IMG/VR virus record: IMGVR_UViG_3300001528_000621
Coordinates: 96,001-160,000 of that record
Direction: 5' to 3' (one strand)
DNA: 64,000 nt
DNA from: a virus
Lineage: Duplodnaviria > Caudoviricetes
The notes beneath the pieces were generated by a model that had not been told where the DNA came from, ran no database searches, and saw only the letters and a list, made by a program, of their open reading frames with translations. The stretch's first letter is position 1; the number at the start of each line of letters is the position of its first letter. The position numbers and the translations under genes were made by a program. Of the stretch, positions 48,074 through 58,732 are shown piece by piece.

Positions 48074-49152
48074 TGAGTACGATAACAGATTGTGCATATT
48101 GGAGATATTTAGGGGAGAATGATGTACCCAAAGTAGAAGGTTCAATCAAACACATTGATCCTTCTCAACTCGACGAAGGAGTAGTTCCTCTAACAGAAGA
48201 AGAGTACGAATCAGGTTCTAAATCTACACCTAAGGTTTTGACAAGATCTCAGAAAGGTCAAGCCCTTACTCACCTTGAGATGGATTTTAACCTTGCTTCT
48301 CTTTTTCATAAACTTAATACATCTAGTGTATCTAGTTCTTTCTCAGAGGATGAGTACAGTGAGGACAATGATGTCTATTTTGAGAGACGTAAGCCTACTC
48401 GAGAGGAAGAAAAAGCAGGGTTGTTTGCTACATTTTCCTATGCTCCTATAACAAATGATGGACGAACCCTTATTCAGAATGGATTCCAGACTATTAAAGT
48501 ACAACATACTACCGATGAAATAAGGTATAAGCTTTCTAATGAGAGAATTCCGGGAACTTTAGATATTGAAGAAGACTTTAGGGTCACGGGGAGTGCGTTT
48601 GTAGGAAATAACCTATACGTTACAGGAAATCTTGACGTACAGAATGACACCGGTACCAGGACCTTAAATGTAGAGCAATCTGCTAGCATTGAACAGACTC
48701 TTCGAGTAAAGGGCACAGCTTCCTTTGATAGGGATCTTACCGTAGAAGGAAACCTCTACGTTAAGGGTTTAATTTTTGGCGATCTTTCTCAGAAAGGCTA
48801 TAATAGTCTTGAAAATCCAGGATATGCTGCTAAGTATACCAGGTTTGGAACTCAAGATACAGGAAGCCAGTCTGATTTTAGATTAAAGAAAGATTGTCGG
48901 GAGATTGAGAATGCTCTTGAAGCTGTAGAGCATATATCGGGTTACAGGTTTGAATGGGATTCTAAAGCTGAAAAATCTGGATCAGATATTGGTGTCATTG
49001 CACAGGAAGTTAAGCCTTACGTTCCTGAAGCTGTTTCAACTGGGGAAGATGGCTATTTAAGGGTGGATTACGTAAAACTAATTCCTATTCTTATTAACGC
49101 TATTCACGAATTACGATGTCAAGTAACAGAGCTTCAGCAAAAACAGAAGTAG
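48073..49152 (+). CDS. tail fibre/spike with an intramolecular chaperone (peptidase S74) domain
   Basis: N-terminal R..KG..LT..EMD.N; beta repeats; SDFRLK...G..F.W...GVIAQEV...V.Y.KL.P.LI.AI.EL. Confidence 0.85.
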   Translation: MSTITDCAYWRYLGENDVPKVEGSIKHIDPSQLDEGVVPLTEEEYESGSKSTPKVLTRSQKGQALTHLEMDFNLASLFHKLNTSSVSSSFSEDEYSEDNDVYFERRKPTREEEKAGLFATFSYAPITNDGRTLIQNGFQTIKVQHTTDEIRYKLSNERIPGTLDIEEDFRVTGSAFVGNNLYVTGNLDVQNDTGTRTLNVEQSASIEQTLRVKGTASFDRDLTVEGNLYVKGLIFGDLSQKGYNSLENPGYAAKYTRFGTQDTGSQSDFRLKKDCREIENALEAVEHISGYRFEWDSKAEKSGSDIGVIAQEVKPYVPEAVSTGEDGYLRVDYVKLIPILINAIHELRCQVTELQQKQK

Positions 49153-49595
49153 AACCTTGGGTATATCAAGGGCGTCCCATGGGGAGACTTGAAGACTTTC
49201 CTGAAGGAACATATGGATTCATTTATGAAATTACCTATAAGGAGACCAATCAAAAGTATATCGGCAAAAAACAACTTTTAAGCTATCACAAAAAACCTAC
49301 TAAAATATTTAATGAAAAAACAAAGCGTTGGAACAAATCTTGGGAAATTCTTACGACAGAGTCTAATTGGCAAGATTATTTTGGAAGTAACAGAGAAATC
49401 GTAGACCTAGTAAAGAAAGAAGGAAAAGATAAGTTTAAAAGAGAAATAATTTACCTATGTCCAGATAAAAAATTGCTCACATTCTACGAACTAGCATTTC
49501 AATGTAAGAGAGACGTATTAACAGATCCAGATTACATAAACAGTAATATTTTAGGAAAGTTTTTTAGATCTGATTGGAAAAAAGAGTCTGAATAA
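49116..49595 (+). CDS. GIY-YIG nuclease, T4 endonuclease II-like
   Basis: YGFIYEIT...KYIGKK, ESNWQDYFGS, FKREI..LC, Y.N.NI.G. Confidence 0.8.
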   Translation: MSSNRASAKTEVEPWVYQGRPMGRLEDFPEGTYGFIYEITYKETNQKYIGKKQLLSYHKKPTKIFNEKTKRWNKSWEILTTESNWQDYFGSNREIVDLVKKEGKDKFKREIIYLCPDKKLLTFYELAFQCKRDVLTDPDYINSNILGKFFRSDWKKESE

Positions 49596-49658
49596 TCAGG
49601 CTCTTTTCTTATATTCTCTGATAAGAAAGTTTAAAAACAAAGGTTTAGGTTCGACTGT

Positions 49659-50600
49659 ATGGAAGAAAATTTTTTCTTGGTAGGTGCTCTAGAGAATATT
49701 CTAGGTAAGAGTAAAAAGACAGCTAGAGGAAATAGATCATTTCATTGTCCGTTTTGCAATCATAGAAAACCTAAACTTGAAATAAAGGTTGTAGATTCCC
49801 CAGACGGTTCCTATCCTTGGCAATGTTGGGTTTGTGGAACAAAAGGTAGGACAATACAGAGTCTTCTTCGTCACTTAAATCTATCAGGTCCAGAAGCTAG
49901 AGAGATTCTTCAATATGTGCGAAAGAGCGGAGATCAAGAAGAGAAGCAGGTAGTTCCAAAAGCTTTAAGACTTCCAGAAGAATTTGAACCTCTAGAACTA
50001 GCTCCAAAGACATCTATATATGCTAATAGGGTTAGAAATTATCTGCATGGTAGAGGATTGACAGATATAGATTTTATTCGGTATGGAATAGGCTATTGTG
50101 TCACAGGAAAGTACGAGGATCACATAATTATTCCTAGCTACAGTGAAAATAATGTTCTAAATTATTTTGTAGCTAGAAACATAAATCCGAGAGCATACAG
50201 GCACTACACAAATCCAGAAGCAAAGAAAGATGAGATTATTTGTTTCGAAAATCTTATAAATTTTGACCAACCTCTTATACTCTGCGAAGGAGTGTTTGAT
50301 GCTATGTCATTGAGACGCAATGCAGTACCTTTACTGGGTCAAAATATCTCATCAGCTCTAATGAAGAGAATCATAACATCTTCATGTCCGGACATCTACA
50401 TCTGCCTCGATCGGGATGCCCAAAAGAGAGCTCTTAAGCATTGTGAGACATTCTTAAACATGGGGAAGAGAGTCTTCTTTGTAGTTCCTCCTAAAAAAGA
50501 TTCATCTGAAACTGGATTCGAACTTATGACTAGAGTATTACAAACAGCAGAAGAACTTACATTTAGTTCTCTTATAGAGTACAAACTTAACTTAATATGA
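49659..50600 (+). CDS. DNA primase (Zn finger plus TOPRIM)
   Basis: CPFC.H...CWVC; YL..RG; IIIP; CEG.FDA; CLD.DA. Confidence 0.9.
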   Translation: MEENFFLVGALENILGKSKKTARGNRSFHCPFCNHRKPKLEIKVVDSPDGSYPWQCWVCGTKGRTIQSLLRHLNLSGPEAREILQYVRKSGDQEEKQVVPKALRLPEEFEPLELAPKTSIYANRVRNYLHGRGLTDIDFIRYGIGYCVTGKYEDHIIIPSYSENNVLNYFVARNINPRAYRHYTNPEAKKDEIICFENLINFDQPLILCEGVFDAMSLRRNAVPLLGQNISSALMKRIITSSCPDIYICLDRDAQKRALKHCETFLNMGKRVFFVVPPKKDSSETGFELMTRVLQTAEELTFSSLIEYKLNLI

Positions 50601-51406
50601 TTGAAGAAGGAATTAACATTAACGAAAAGGAAAGCTTTTTTAAGAAAAATAACGGAATAACGGTCGAGAGGGAAAATAAATCTTTAAAGAGAATAGATTT
50701 TTGTGACCGTCGCGTCTATGAGAGAGAATCTGGAGTTTATTACCCTTCTGTAACATCAATCTTATCCGCGTACCCGACCTCAACTTTCTTTTTAGATTGG
50801 GTTAAGGATACAGGTCACAATGCAGACATTATTCGTGACAAAGCTGCTCGAGAAGGTACTCAGGTTCATGAAGGAATAGAAAAGCTTTTAAAGGGAGAGA
50901 AGTTGGAGTGGGTAGATGAATATGGAAATGCTAAATACAACCTTGCAGTCTGGAACATGCTACTTAAGTTTCAGGACTTCTACAATCTCGTTAAACCTAA
51001 AACACTAGCTTCAGAACTGTTCCTTTACTCAGATAAGTACAGGTTTGCAGGAACGACCGATTATCTTTGTCGGGTTGAAGAAGAGAAATGGCTTATTGAC
51101 TTTAAGACAAGCAACCATGTTGGAGGAAGTTACAACCTGCAACTCAGTGCTTATGGAAAAGCTTTAGAGGAACAAAGAGGAATTAAAGCTGATCGTCATG
51201 CTGTTCTTTGGTTAAAAGCTCAAACCAGGTCTCAAAAGTTTGACGCAAAGAAAGGAATTGTACAGGGACAAGGATGGCAGCTCATTTTTGATCCAGATCC
51301 TGAAAAATCTTTTACGGTGTTTGAGCACGTTCATGAAATTTTCAAAGTTCTGAATCCTAAGATTGAACCCTACACCAGAAGCTATCCTGTAGAAATATCG
51401 CTATAA
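50597..51406 (+). CDS. PD-(D/E)XK exonuclease (Cas4-like)
   Basis: YPSVTSIL, GT.VH, E, AGTTD, IDFKTS, QLSAY. Confidence 0.85.
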   Translation: MIEEGININEKESFFKKNNGITVERENKSLKRIDFCDRRVYERESGVYYPSVTSILSAYPTSTFFLDWVKDTGHNADIIRDKAAREGTQVHEGIEKLLKGEKLEWVDEYGNAKYNLAVWNMLLKFQDFYNLVKPKTLASELFLYSDKYRFAGTTDYLCRVEEEKWLIDFKTSNHVGGSYNLQLSAYGKALEEQRGIKADRHAVLWLKAQTRSQKFDAKKGIVQGQGWQLIFDPDPEKSFTVFEHVHEIFKVLNPKIEPYTRSYPVEISL

Positions 51407-51470
51407 ATTTCTATTTATTTTACAGTGATTCAAAATCTTTTGATATCTTTAGGTATTAAAGATTAGCATA

Positions 51471-52388
51471 ATGGGAGGAAGAGTTTTTGACGGCTCAAAG
51501 CCGATAAAGAAAGAAGATATTAAGCCTACTCTCTCTAGGTTTATCCAAGAGTTCTCTAGGGTTTTTCCTAAAGCTAAAGGATATTTTGAAGGTCTTCGAG
51601 TTTTGGGATCTGCAGGGAAGAAACCGGAAAGTGGAGATATAGACCTATGTTTGGACGAGAAAGCTTTTAAAAATATAAAAGATTGGGGTCTTTCTGAGAA
51701 GGACGTCAACGAATACTATCTTAAGTTTAAAGCTAGAGCTAGAACAGCTACAAAGCAGCAAATCATGAAGAGGGCCATAATTGTAGCTATTGGAGATAAG
51801 CTCGAACTTGAATCTTCACACATCAACATAGACACTAAAGGAGCTGGAAATGGAACATTGTTCTGCCAATTTCCTCAGTACAACTCTAAAGGGGATATGC
51901 TTGCACAGCAGGTTCAAATCGATTTAAATATTGGAAATATTGATTGGCTAAGCTTTGCATATTATTCAGACTCCTATGAAGGTAACGTCAAGGGTCTTCA
52001 CAGAACGCAACTAGTGCTTTCTTTATTTTTAGTTGCGGGATATTCTTTTTCTCACAACTACGGGGTAAAGAACAAAGAAACAGGAGAGATTGTAGCCCAA
52101 ACACCTCAGCAAGCTATAGGTATTCTATCAAATGCATATAATGCTGAATTTTCTCCTGAAATCTTGAACAATTATTTTAAACTTCAAGAGTTTCTTAAAA
52201 AGCACTTAGATGAGGCTGATTTGCATGAAGTTTGGGATGCATACTTGAGTATTCTGGATCGAACAAGGTGCGATATTCCGAACGATCTTCAAGAATATTG
52301 GATTGAAAATCAAGATAGGTTAGGTCTTACAGGAAAATTTCTTCCAAAGGAATCAAAACTTTACATGTTTAGGGAGGATAACGACTAA
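51471..52388 (+). CDS. Pol-beta-superfamily nucleotidyltransferase-like protein
   Basis: LGSAGKK..SGDIDL and a later VQIDL. Confidence 0.75.
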   Translation: MGGRVFDGSKPIKKEDIKPTLSRFIQEFSRVFPKAKGYFEGLRVLGSAGKKPESGDIDLCLDEKAFKNIKDWGLSEKDVNEYYLKFKARARTATKQQIMKRAIIVAIGDKLELESSHINIDTKGAGNGTLFCQFPQYNSKGDMLAQQVQIDLNIGNIDWLSFAYYSDSYEGNVKGLHRTQLVLSLFLVAGYSFSHNYGVKNKETGEIVAQTPQQAIGILSNAYNAEFSPEILNNYFKLQEFLKKHLDEADLHEVWDAYLSILDRTRCDIPNDLQEYWIENQDRLGLTGKFLPKESKLYMFREDND

Positions 52389-54538
52389 TGAGCGGAAGTA
52401 TAGGAGGAGATCGAATTCCTCACAATGCTGTACAAAAGACAGTAGAAAAATACATTAAGAATATACTTAGTGGATTTGAAGGTTTTAAATCTGCTAAGAT
52501 TACAGGAAGTTACAACACAGGGCAGAAAAAAGACCACGGAGATTTGGATTTGTGCGTCTATGTTGAAGCTAGAAATAGGGATCTTCGTCAAGTTAAGAAA
52601 GAGCTTAAAGATTACCTAGAATCCTCAAAATATACATACCCGTTCAGGTCTGGACGAAATAAGGGTAAAAAAGCTCAAATGTACGGAACAGTTGTAACTT
52701 GTCAAGTTCCTATAGAGGGGTTTGAAGGTCTTTTAGTCCAGGTGGACAACATGGTTGTTCTTTCTGAAAAAGAGCAGGAATACCAGCAGAATTTTTTGGA
52801 TGCAGATGCTGCAAAACAAGGACTTTTAATGGGACTTGTACGGGTAATCATGACTGAAGAAAATCCTGAAACTGTTCTTAAAAGAGTAGGTATCAAGAAG
52901 GTTCCTGAACTTGGAAAAAATCAAGAGCTTGAATTTGTTCTCTCTAGTTCTGGACTTTCATTGAGAAGAGTAACTCTTGAAAACTTTAAGGAGGTTGACA
53001 GAGAAGAGCTCTGGAGATCTACAGACTGGCAGGACGTCGTGAAATTACTTAAGAACTATGACCTTTCTCAGGATTTTGATCATCTTCTTGCGGATGTCAA
53101 GGATAAGATTAAAGATGCTCGATCTAGAAGACGTATAATCGGTATTATGAAATCTATGATTAACGTTGGAGTGGGAGAGAAAGGAACACCTAAAGGAGAT
53201 GCTAAAGAGCGAGCAATTCAAGCTGCTTCTAATTCTCTAGAAACGTTGGACGAGGTTGCTGAAGAAAATAAGAAAGGTGTGATCGGACTCTACGGAGGCG
53301 GATTTAAGCCTCCACATAAAGGTCATTACTCTGTTGTACAGAAACTTCTAAACAGGGTAGACAGGATTATAATCTTCATAGGTAGTGGAAATAGGGAAGG
53401 AATACCTATCAACCAGGACCAGTCCAAAGAAATTTGGAAAATATATATAGATGCATCCGGATGGTCAGATAGAGTAGAAATTCGAGAAGTTCAATCTCCT
53501 GTAGGAGAAATTTATAAGATTATTCAGAATCCGGATCTTCAAGAGTACCAATTCAGAATTGCAAAATCTGGGGAAGGTTCTGAAGAAGATAAAAAATGGA
53601 AATGGTTCATTAAGAATCAAGACAAATTTCCGAACGTAAAACTTATTACGCTTCCGGTTATTCTCGATAAGGATAGTGAAAAGCTTTCTGCTTCAGATCT
53701 CAGAGCTTCTGAAACTAAAATCAAAAAAGGAAACTGGATTCCTCAAAATGTACTTTCAACCGAGGATATTTCAAAGGTAATAGACATTGCACTAGAACAA
53801 GTAAAGGTGGAAATATTAAAAGAAGAACTTAAAGCGGGTAAGCTTGATGCTAAGACTTTCGAAAACATCGTAAAGCAAGGTCTTCAGGATGCTGAAAGCA
53901 GTGCTGATAATATAGGTGAAGGTTTCTATGGACCTCCATCAACCCCGAGAGCTGCTATTTCGTCCGAAGATAGAGAAAAGCTTGGGCACATATATGAAGA
54001 GCTTAGAGAAAAATATGAAAGTCAAGGGATTAATGTAATCTTTAATGGAAATAATATCTTACTTAAGGTTCTCTATCCTGGGGACATAGCTGGAATTGGA
54101 AACGACACACCGGGTAATATTAGAGAAAGCGAAGAAGATGCTACTCGAGAAGAAGAGTTTGATTATCTTCCTTACATTGTATCTTACTTAAAGTTTCTTA
54201 AGGAGGAGAGGGGAATTTCAATTGAACCTCTTCCGGAAATTATCTTAAATAAAACTAGTCAAAAAGGTCAAGGAATCTTAGCTAAGACTGGTGAGTACAA
54301 TCCTGAAGATAAGGTCATAACTGTATACACAAAAGATAGAGCACCAAAAGATGTGCTTCGGTCGGTAGCGCACGAGTACCAACATGCATACCAAGATGTT
54401 ACGGGAAAGTTAAAAGGTTTTTCAGGACAGAAAACAACAGAAAATGAACCTCTATCTGTTCTTGAAGAAGAGGCTTATCGGGACGGAAATATGAATTTTA
54501 GAGCTTGGCTTGAATCAATAGGAGCGTATGAAGGATAG
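52388..54538 (+). CDS. multidomain protein: Pol-beta NTase + HxGH cytidylyltransferase-like + HExxH metallopeptidase-like
   Basis: TGS...GDLDL/VQVD; GGGFKPPHKGH...LSASDLR; LRSVAHEYQHAYQ...EEEAY. Confidence 0.8.
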   Translation: MSGSIGGDRIPHNAVQKTVEKYIKNILSGFEGFKSAKITGSYNTGQKKDHGDLDLCVYVEARNRDLRQVKKELKDYLESSKYTYPFRSGRNKGKKAQMYGTVVTCQVPIEGFEGLLVQVDNMVVLSEKEQEYQQNFLDADAAKQGLLMGLVRVIMTEENPETVLKRVGIKKVPELGKNQELEFVLSSSGLSLRRVTLENFKEVDREELWRSTDWQDVVKLLKNYDLSQDFDHLLADVKDKIKDARSRRRIIGIMKSMINVGVGEKGTPKGDAKERAIQAASNSLETLDEVAEENKKGVIGLYGGGFKPPHKGHYSVVQKLLNRVDRIIIFIGSGNREGIPINQDQSKEIWKIYIDASGWSDRVEIREVQSPVGEIYKIIQNPDLQEYQFRIAKSGEGSEEDKKWKWFIKNQDKFPNVKLITLPVILDKDSEKLSASDLRASETKIKKGNWIPQNVLSTEDISKVIDIALEQVKVEILKEELKAGKLDAKTFENIVKQGLQDAESSADNIGEGFYGPPSTPRAAISSEDREKLGHIYEELREKYESQGINVIFNGNNILLKVLYPGDIAGIGNDTPGNIRESEEDATREEEFDYLPYIVSYLKFLKEERGISIEPLPEIILNKTSQKGQGILAKTGEYNPEDKVITVYTKDRAPKDVLRSVAHEYQHAYQDVTGKLKGFSGQKTTENEPLSVLEEEAYRDGNMNFRAWLESIGAYEG

Positions 54539-54797
54539 TATATCTATGGTTTTTCTTCTAGAGCAGAAGGATTTTTTTGAACAACACGAAATTAAGAAAG
54601 AAAAAGGGTCTCTTTCAATCGGATTTTCTGAGAAGGAACAAAAGTGGTACGGATGGTCCCATAGAGCTATCCAAGGGTTTGGAATTGGGGATAAATTTCG
54701 AGAATGCTACCCTTCGGGTACGAAGATAGGTAGAAAATGTAGAACTTTAGCTGACTGTAAAGAAGCAGCTAAAAAATTTGCAGAATCTGTAAGTTAA
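54528..54797 (+). CDS. conserved large-phage hypothetical protein
   Basis: SIGFSE.EQKWYGWSHRA..GFGIGD..A..FAESVS. Confidence 0.75.
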   Translation: MKDSISMVFLLEQKDFFEQHEIKKEKGSLSIGFSEKEQKWYGWSHRAIQGFGIGDKFRECYPSGTKIGRKCRTLADCKEAAKKFAESVS

Positions 54798-54801
54798 TTC
54801 T

Positions 54802-55383
54802 ATGGACAGTTTATTAAAAAAAGAGTGGAGAGAAGAAGATATCCAGAGAGTTCGAAACCTAATAACCGGACATTACGGAAAATCTACTCGAGACATTATA
54901 GGTTACGGTAAGGTTGAAGAAACTCACTCTGAAGGAGATATTTGGACTGAAGACGGAAAAACTTGGACCATTAAGGACGGACTTAAGCAGACAGTCTCTA
55001 AACTTTCAGAAGTTAGACATACCTTAAGAATGCCCCTAACCTGTCCGAAATGCGGAAAAGCAATGGCATCTTATCTTGACAAAAAGATGTACCCTATTCA
55101 CGGTTTTTGCTTTGACTGTGTTTGTAAGATGGAGGATGACCTTAAACGAGCGGGAATATATCAAGAGTATGAAAAGAGGTTAGTTGAAGGTAATATTCGA
55201 AACTTCGTTCAAGACCTTAAAGATAGGATTACGCACATCTCTAAATCTAAAGTAGAGTATTCAACAGACATTGGAGAGGTTGAAGATTGGGGGGATGTTT
55301 CAGATGATCTTATTAAAAGTCTAGATCAATGGGCAGAACTACTAGCAGAAAAATTAGGTAAACCAGAGGAATCCCAAGGGTAG
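54802..55383 (+). CDS. zinc-finger-containing conserved protein
   Basis: EGD.W.E.GKTWTIK.G; CPKC...CFDC. Confidence 0.75.
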   Translation: MDSLLKKEWREEDIQRVRNLITGHYGKSTRDIIGYGKVEETHSEGDIWTEDGKTWTIKDGLKQTVSKLSEVRHTLRMPLTCPKCGKAMASYLDKKMYPIHGFCFDCVCKMEDDLKRAGIYQEYEKRLVEGNIRNFVQDLKDRITHISKSKVEYSTDIGEVEDWGDVSDDLIKSLDQWAELLAEKLGKPEESQG

Positions 55384-55454
55384 CTTGAGATTCCTTTCAT
55401 ACATTACAGATTATCTATTTATTGTGTAGAAATTAAAAATTCCTTAGGTTTTCC

Positions 55455-56795
55455 ATGAGTAAACTAAACGAACAAACCGATAAGCTTGTTAAGGTTACAA
55501 GTGATAAAGGCGAAGAAACAATAGAAAGAGTACCGGAGGGTACTGTAGACGACCTTCGAAAGTCTGGCGTTGATTTTGAAGATCCAAAAACTGGACAAAA
55601 GAACGTAGGTAGAACTGTGTATGAAGGTCAAGAGGACAATCAAGCTGATGCTATAAACGTAGCTAAAGAGCTTGGTAAATGCCTTAGAGATGCTCTTCGA
55701 GAGCACGGGGATGAGATGCAGACAATGTCTCTTAAAAACCTCAATACAAGAGGAGTAACCGTAAAGGTTATCTACAAGCCAGATGAGCAAGGACAGCAGA
55801 CTGAGGATGAGTTCAAGTTCACTTGGGACAATGGACATATTCAATTTGATAATGGAGGAGAGGCTGTAGATCTAGGACAGATACAAAATAGGTCTGGACG
55901 ATCAACAATTCAGAAGGATCTGATGAAGTCTAATCTACTTAGTTTCCTAAATAGCCATGACACTACTCAAACTCCTGTAGAGCAGCCTGCTGAAATGCCT
56001 GAAGGAACTCCACTTAACGAAGAGTCTTGTCTTTGGGAAAGTGAAGAAGCTGAAACAGCGTTTAGAGATGCTCTAGACGTATATAAGACAAACAAGAGTA
56101 AAGACAGTCTTAAAGCTCTTTTGAAATCTTGCAGACCTTTCAGAAAAGGAAATACATTGCAGGAGAAGTTTAGAGGAGCTTATAATTGGTTTAAAGAAAA
56201 TCCTCCTAAAAACACAAAGAAAGAGATCTTTTTAGAGGACCATAACAGCAATAGTGATTGGGATCTATACTTCGACATTTTCAAAACTCTTGCAGGGCTT
56301 AGAGAAAATTGGAAAGAGCTTATAGGTCGAGGCGGAGAATGGGAAACCGACGGTGAGTTTGATGTTCTGTATCAAGACTATACTCATCTTGTTAGGGATA
56401 TGAGACGATATTATGATCTTTACTGTCAACCAGATTCTTTAGATGAGGATAGGAATTTGGATGAGTTCATGGACCTTAATGACCCTATCGCTAATGGAGA
56501 GAAAAAGAATCCAGATACAGTAGAACCGAACTACGATTGGGACAGAGATGACATAAATGAGAGAGATGAGTACGGACCTGAAGTAGGGGATCAAGTTGAC
56601 TATGAAGGAGGTAACTATAAGCTTTACGGTTATTGTGGAAATGAGGTTGTTCTCCAAAACGTAGACGATGATCGAGATTTCAAGGTGGTAAAGCCTGCAG
56701 ATATTGGAATCGGATTTAACCAAAAACAGGTTGATGAAGAAATAGAGTATGTTGATCCTGAAAATTTACCAGACGATGAAGAGGAGAGAATTTAA
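55455..56795 (+). CDS. acidic late protein, possibly a head-internal protein
   Basis: Late promoter at 55416; many (L/I/V)-x-E motifs. Confidence 0.65.
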   Translation: MSKLNEQTDKLVKVTSDKGEETIERVPEGTVDDLRKSGVDFEDPKTGQKNVGRTVYEGQEDNQADAINVAKELGKCLRDALREHGDEMQTMSLKNLNTRGVTVKVIYKPDEQGQQTEDEFKFTWDNGHIQFDNGGEAVDLGQIQNRSGRSTIQKDLMKSNLLSFLNSHDTTQTPVEQPAEMPEGTPLNEESCLWESEEAETAFRDALDVYKTNKSKDSLKALLKSCRPFRKGNTLQEKFRGAYNWFKENPPKNTKKEIFLEDHNSNSDWDLYFDIFKTLAGLRENWKELIGRGGEWETDGEFDVLYQDYTHLVRDMRRYYDLYCQPDSLDEDRNLDEFMDLNDPIANGEKKNPDTVEPNYDWDRDDINERDEYGPEVGDQVDYEGGNYKLYGYCGNEVVLQNVDDDRDFKVVKPADIGIGFNQKQVDEEIEYVDPENLPDDEEERI

Positions 56796-57390
56796 AGAAT
56801 ATATCTATGAATGTTATCGTGAGTTTCTTATTAGGAGAAACGCTATAGCTTTGATGGAAGATGAAGCTAAAGATGCTGACATGGTGTATGGAGATGGAGC
56901 TATTCTTCCTACAGCAAAAGACCAAATTTTAGCTAAATTTCCTACCCTTCGACATGCTCTTATTCGGTTGCATTCAGAAGATTGGGAAAACTTTGTATCC
57001 GGAATAGAGTGGGTTTCTCCTAGACCTACAATATTCAGAATTAAGCTTACTAATGGTCAAGACTACACGCTTAAGTGGATGGGTCAAGACTTTCAAGCTG
57101 ATATTTCTGGAAAGAAGTATTATCTTGGACAGGTAGGAGATTATCAGCAAGCCCTTACAAAACTCTCTATACTCTATCAAGAGGGTCCTATGGGAGAAGA
57201 ACCCGAAGCAAGCAGTGGTGGAGCTAGTGGAGCAGCTGAACCAGTAGGATTTGGCGGCGGAGGCGGTGGTGGAGATTTTCCTGGAGGTGATGAAGGAGGT
57301 TCTGAATCTGAAGGAGGAGAAGATTCCGGATCTGAAGGTAAAGATATGGGAGGAGAAGATATTGACTTTGAAGCAGATTCGTCAATATAG
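56776..57390 (+). CDS. conserved late protein with a Gly/Glu-rich tail
   Basis: KFPTL...PRPT.FRI.L.NGQ...GKKYYL; likely start at ATG 56776. Confidence 0.7.
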   Translation: MKRREFKEYIYECYREFLIRRNAIALMEDEAKDADMVYGDGAILPTAKDQILAKFPTLRHALIRLHSEDWENFVSGIEWVSPRPTIFRIKLTNGQDYTLKWMGQDFQADISGKKYYLGQVGDYQQALTKLSILYQEGPMGEEPEASSGGASGAAEPVGFGGGGGGGDFPGGDEGGSESEGGEDSGSEGKDMGGEDIDFEADSSI

Positions 57391-57471
57391 TATCTAGATA
57401 AATCTAAAAAAACTTAAAAGAAAAGAGGAGAGCTGATATAACTATCAGCTTTTCTTTTTATAATAAGCTAT

Positions 57472-58725
57472 ATGGCAAGCTTATCTAATACAGAACTCTC
57501 TAAGTTTAGAAATGGAGAGTATAGGTGGGAAATTTTTACAAAAAAACTCAAACAGGGTGAAGAGTTTGAATTAACACCTGAAATTCAGCAGAAATTTCAA
57601 AGTAAAAAAACAGCTCTAGAACCTCTAGATCCGGAATTCTTTTATACGCAAGCAGAATTAGGGTGCTGTAGTGGAGATTTTTCATCCCTAGTAGGAGTAA
57701 AGTTTCAAACAAAATTCGGAATTTTAGGTCTTACAGCTCTTCAAAAGACAGAAGAATTTAGGTCATCTTCCGGTACAGGAGGCGGTTCAGAACAGACAGC
57801 ATACATAGAGTGTAGGACAGCTAGAGAATGTGCTACCATTACAAACGGAATGTTTAATGGAATTCCTCACGCTGAAAGATTTGATCACACCTTCGAAGAC
57901 ACTTATTGGGAAAATAAGCTGGATGAGTCCTGGAAAGCTTCTATAGCGGAAGAACCTAAACTTATTGTTTCTTCTGAATTTACTAAAAACTTACCAGATT
58001 ACACCTACCCAAACCAAAATACAGGAAATATAGGTAAATGGGTTTCAGATGCTTACAATAGGTGTAAAGTAAGAACTTCGTATGCTTCCCGTAACATCAA
58101 TAAGTGGAATCCTGCAGATATCTGGTGTTCTTCTGGAAGTCTTTTAGAAATTTCTTCAAGTTTAAACAAATGTTCTACTCTAGGTGAGCTGAGTCAAATA
58201 TGTTATTCTTCACAGCTCAAAGGAATTTCACTTAAGAAAGGTGGAACCGAAATTAAAGAAGTTAGGTGGATAGAAGGAGAAAAAAATTGGCAGATCGAAT
58301 CTTGGAAATATCTCTCAGATCCAAGAAAAACAAACACTAAGGGTCTTAAGATCCGGTTTAATTTTGTAGGAGGAAAAGACAAAACATTAACTATTCGAAC
58401 ATCAGGACAATCATTAAAAGCTGAAACTCAAACTGTAGGTTCTAATCACAGAAACGGCAGCTGCGGATTACAGCAGATCAATCTTTGTCTAGCTTCCCAA
58501 AATTTAAGGTTTAGGTTTGATATGAAGAGAAAAATCAGAAATCTTCGGAATTCTTGCGCAAACCTAGATGAAACTGTTTGTAAAGCAACTCAGGAAAGTT
58601 TGATTGAGTTTGTGGAATACTTTAAATATCTTTCGGAAGAGAAACAAAGACTATTTATAGCTGATTTAGTAAGACATTGTGTGTGTCAATGTAGAAATCA
58701 TTGTACATACTTGAAAGTTTCTTAA
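57472..58725 (+). CDS. PD-(D/E)XK-type endonuclease-like protein
   Basis: KTEEF, E..TA, KWNPADIW, GISLKK. Confidence 0.55.
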   Translation: MASLSNTELSKFRNGEYRWEIFTKKLKQGEEFELTPEIQQKFQSKKTALEPLDPEFFYTQAELGCCSGDFSSLVGVKFQTKFGILGLTALQKTEEFRSSSGTGGGSEQTAYIECRTARECATITNGMFNGIPHAERFDHTFEDTYWENKLDESWKASIAEEPKLIVSSEFTKNLPDYTYPNQNTGNIGKWVSDAYNRCKVRTSYASRNINKWNPADIWCSSGSLLEISSSLNKCSTLGELSQICYSSQLKGISLKKGGTEIKEVRWIEGEKNWQIESWKYLSDPRKTNTKGLKIRFNFVGGKDKTLTIRTSGQSLKAETQTVGSNHRNGSCGLQQINLCLASQNLRFRFDMKRKIRNLRNSCANLDETVCKATQESLIEFVEYFKYLSEEKQRLFIADLVRHCVCQCRNHCTYLKVS

Positions 58726-58732
58726 TAAAAAA

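Noticed and set aside
50597-51406. Cas4 as evidence of a CRISPR system
   Set aside because: It is a solitary PD-(D/E)XK exonuclease next to primase, typical of phage replication modules
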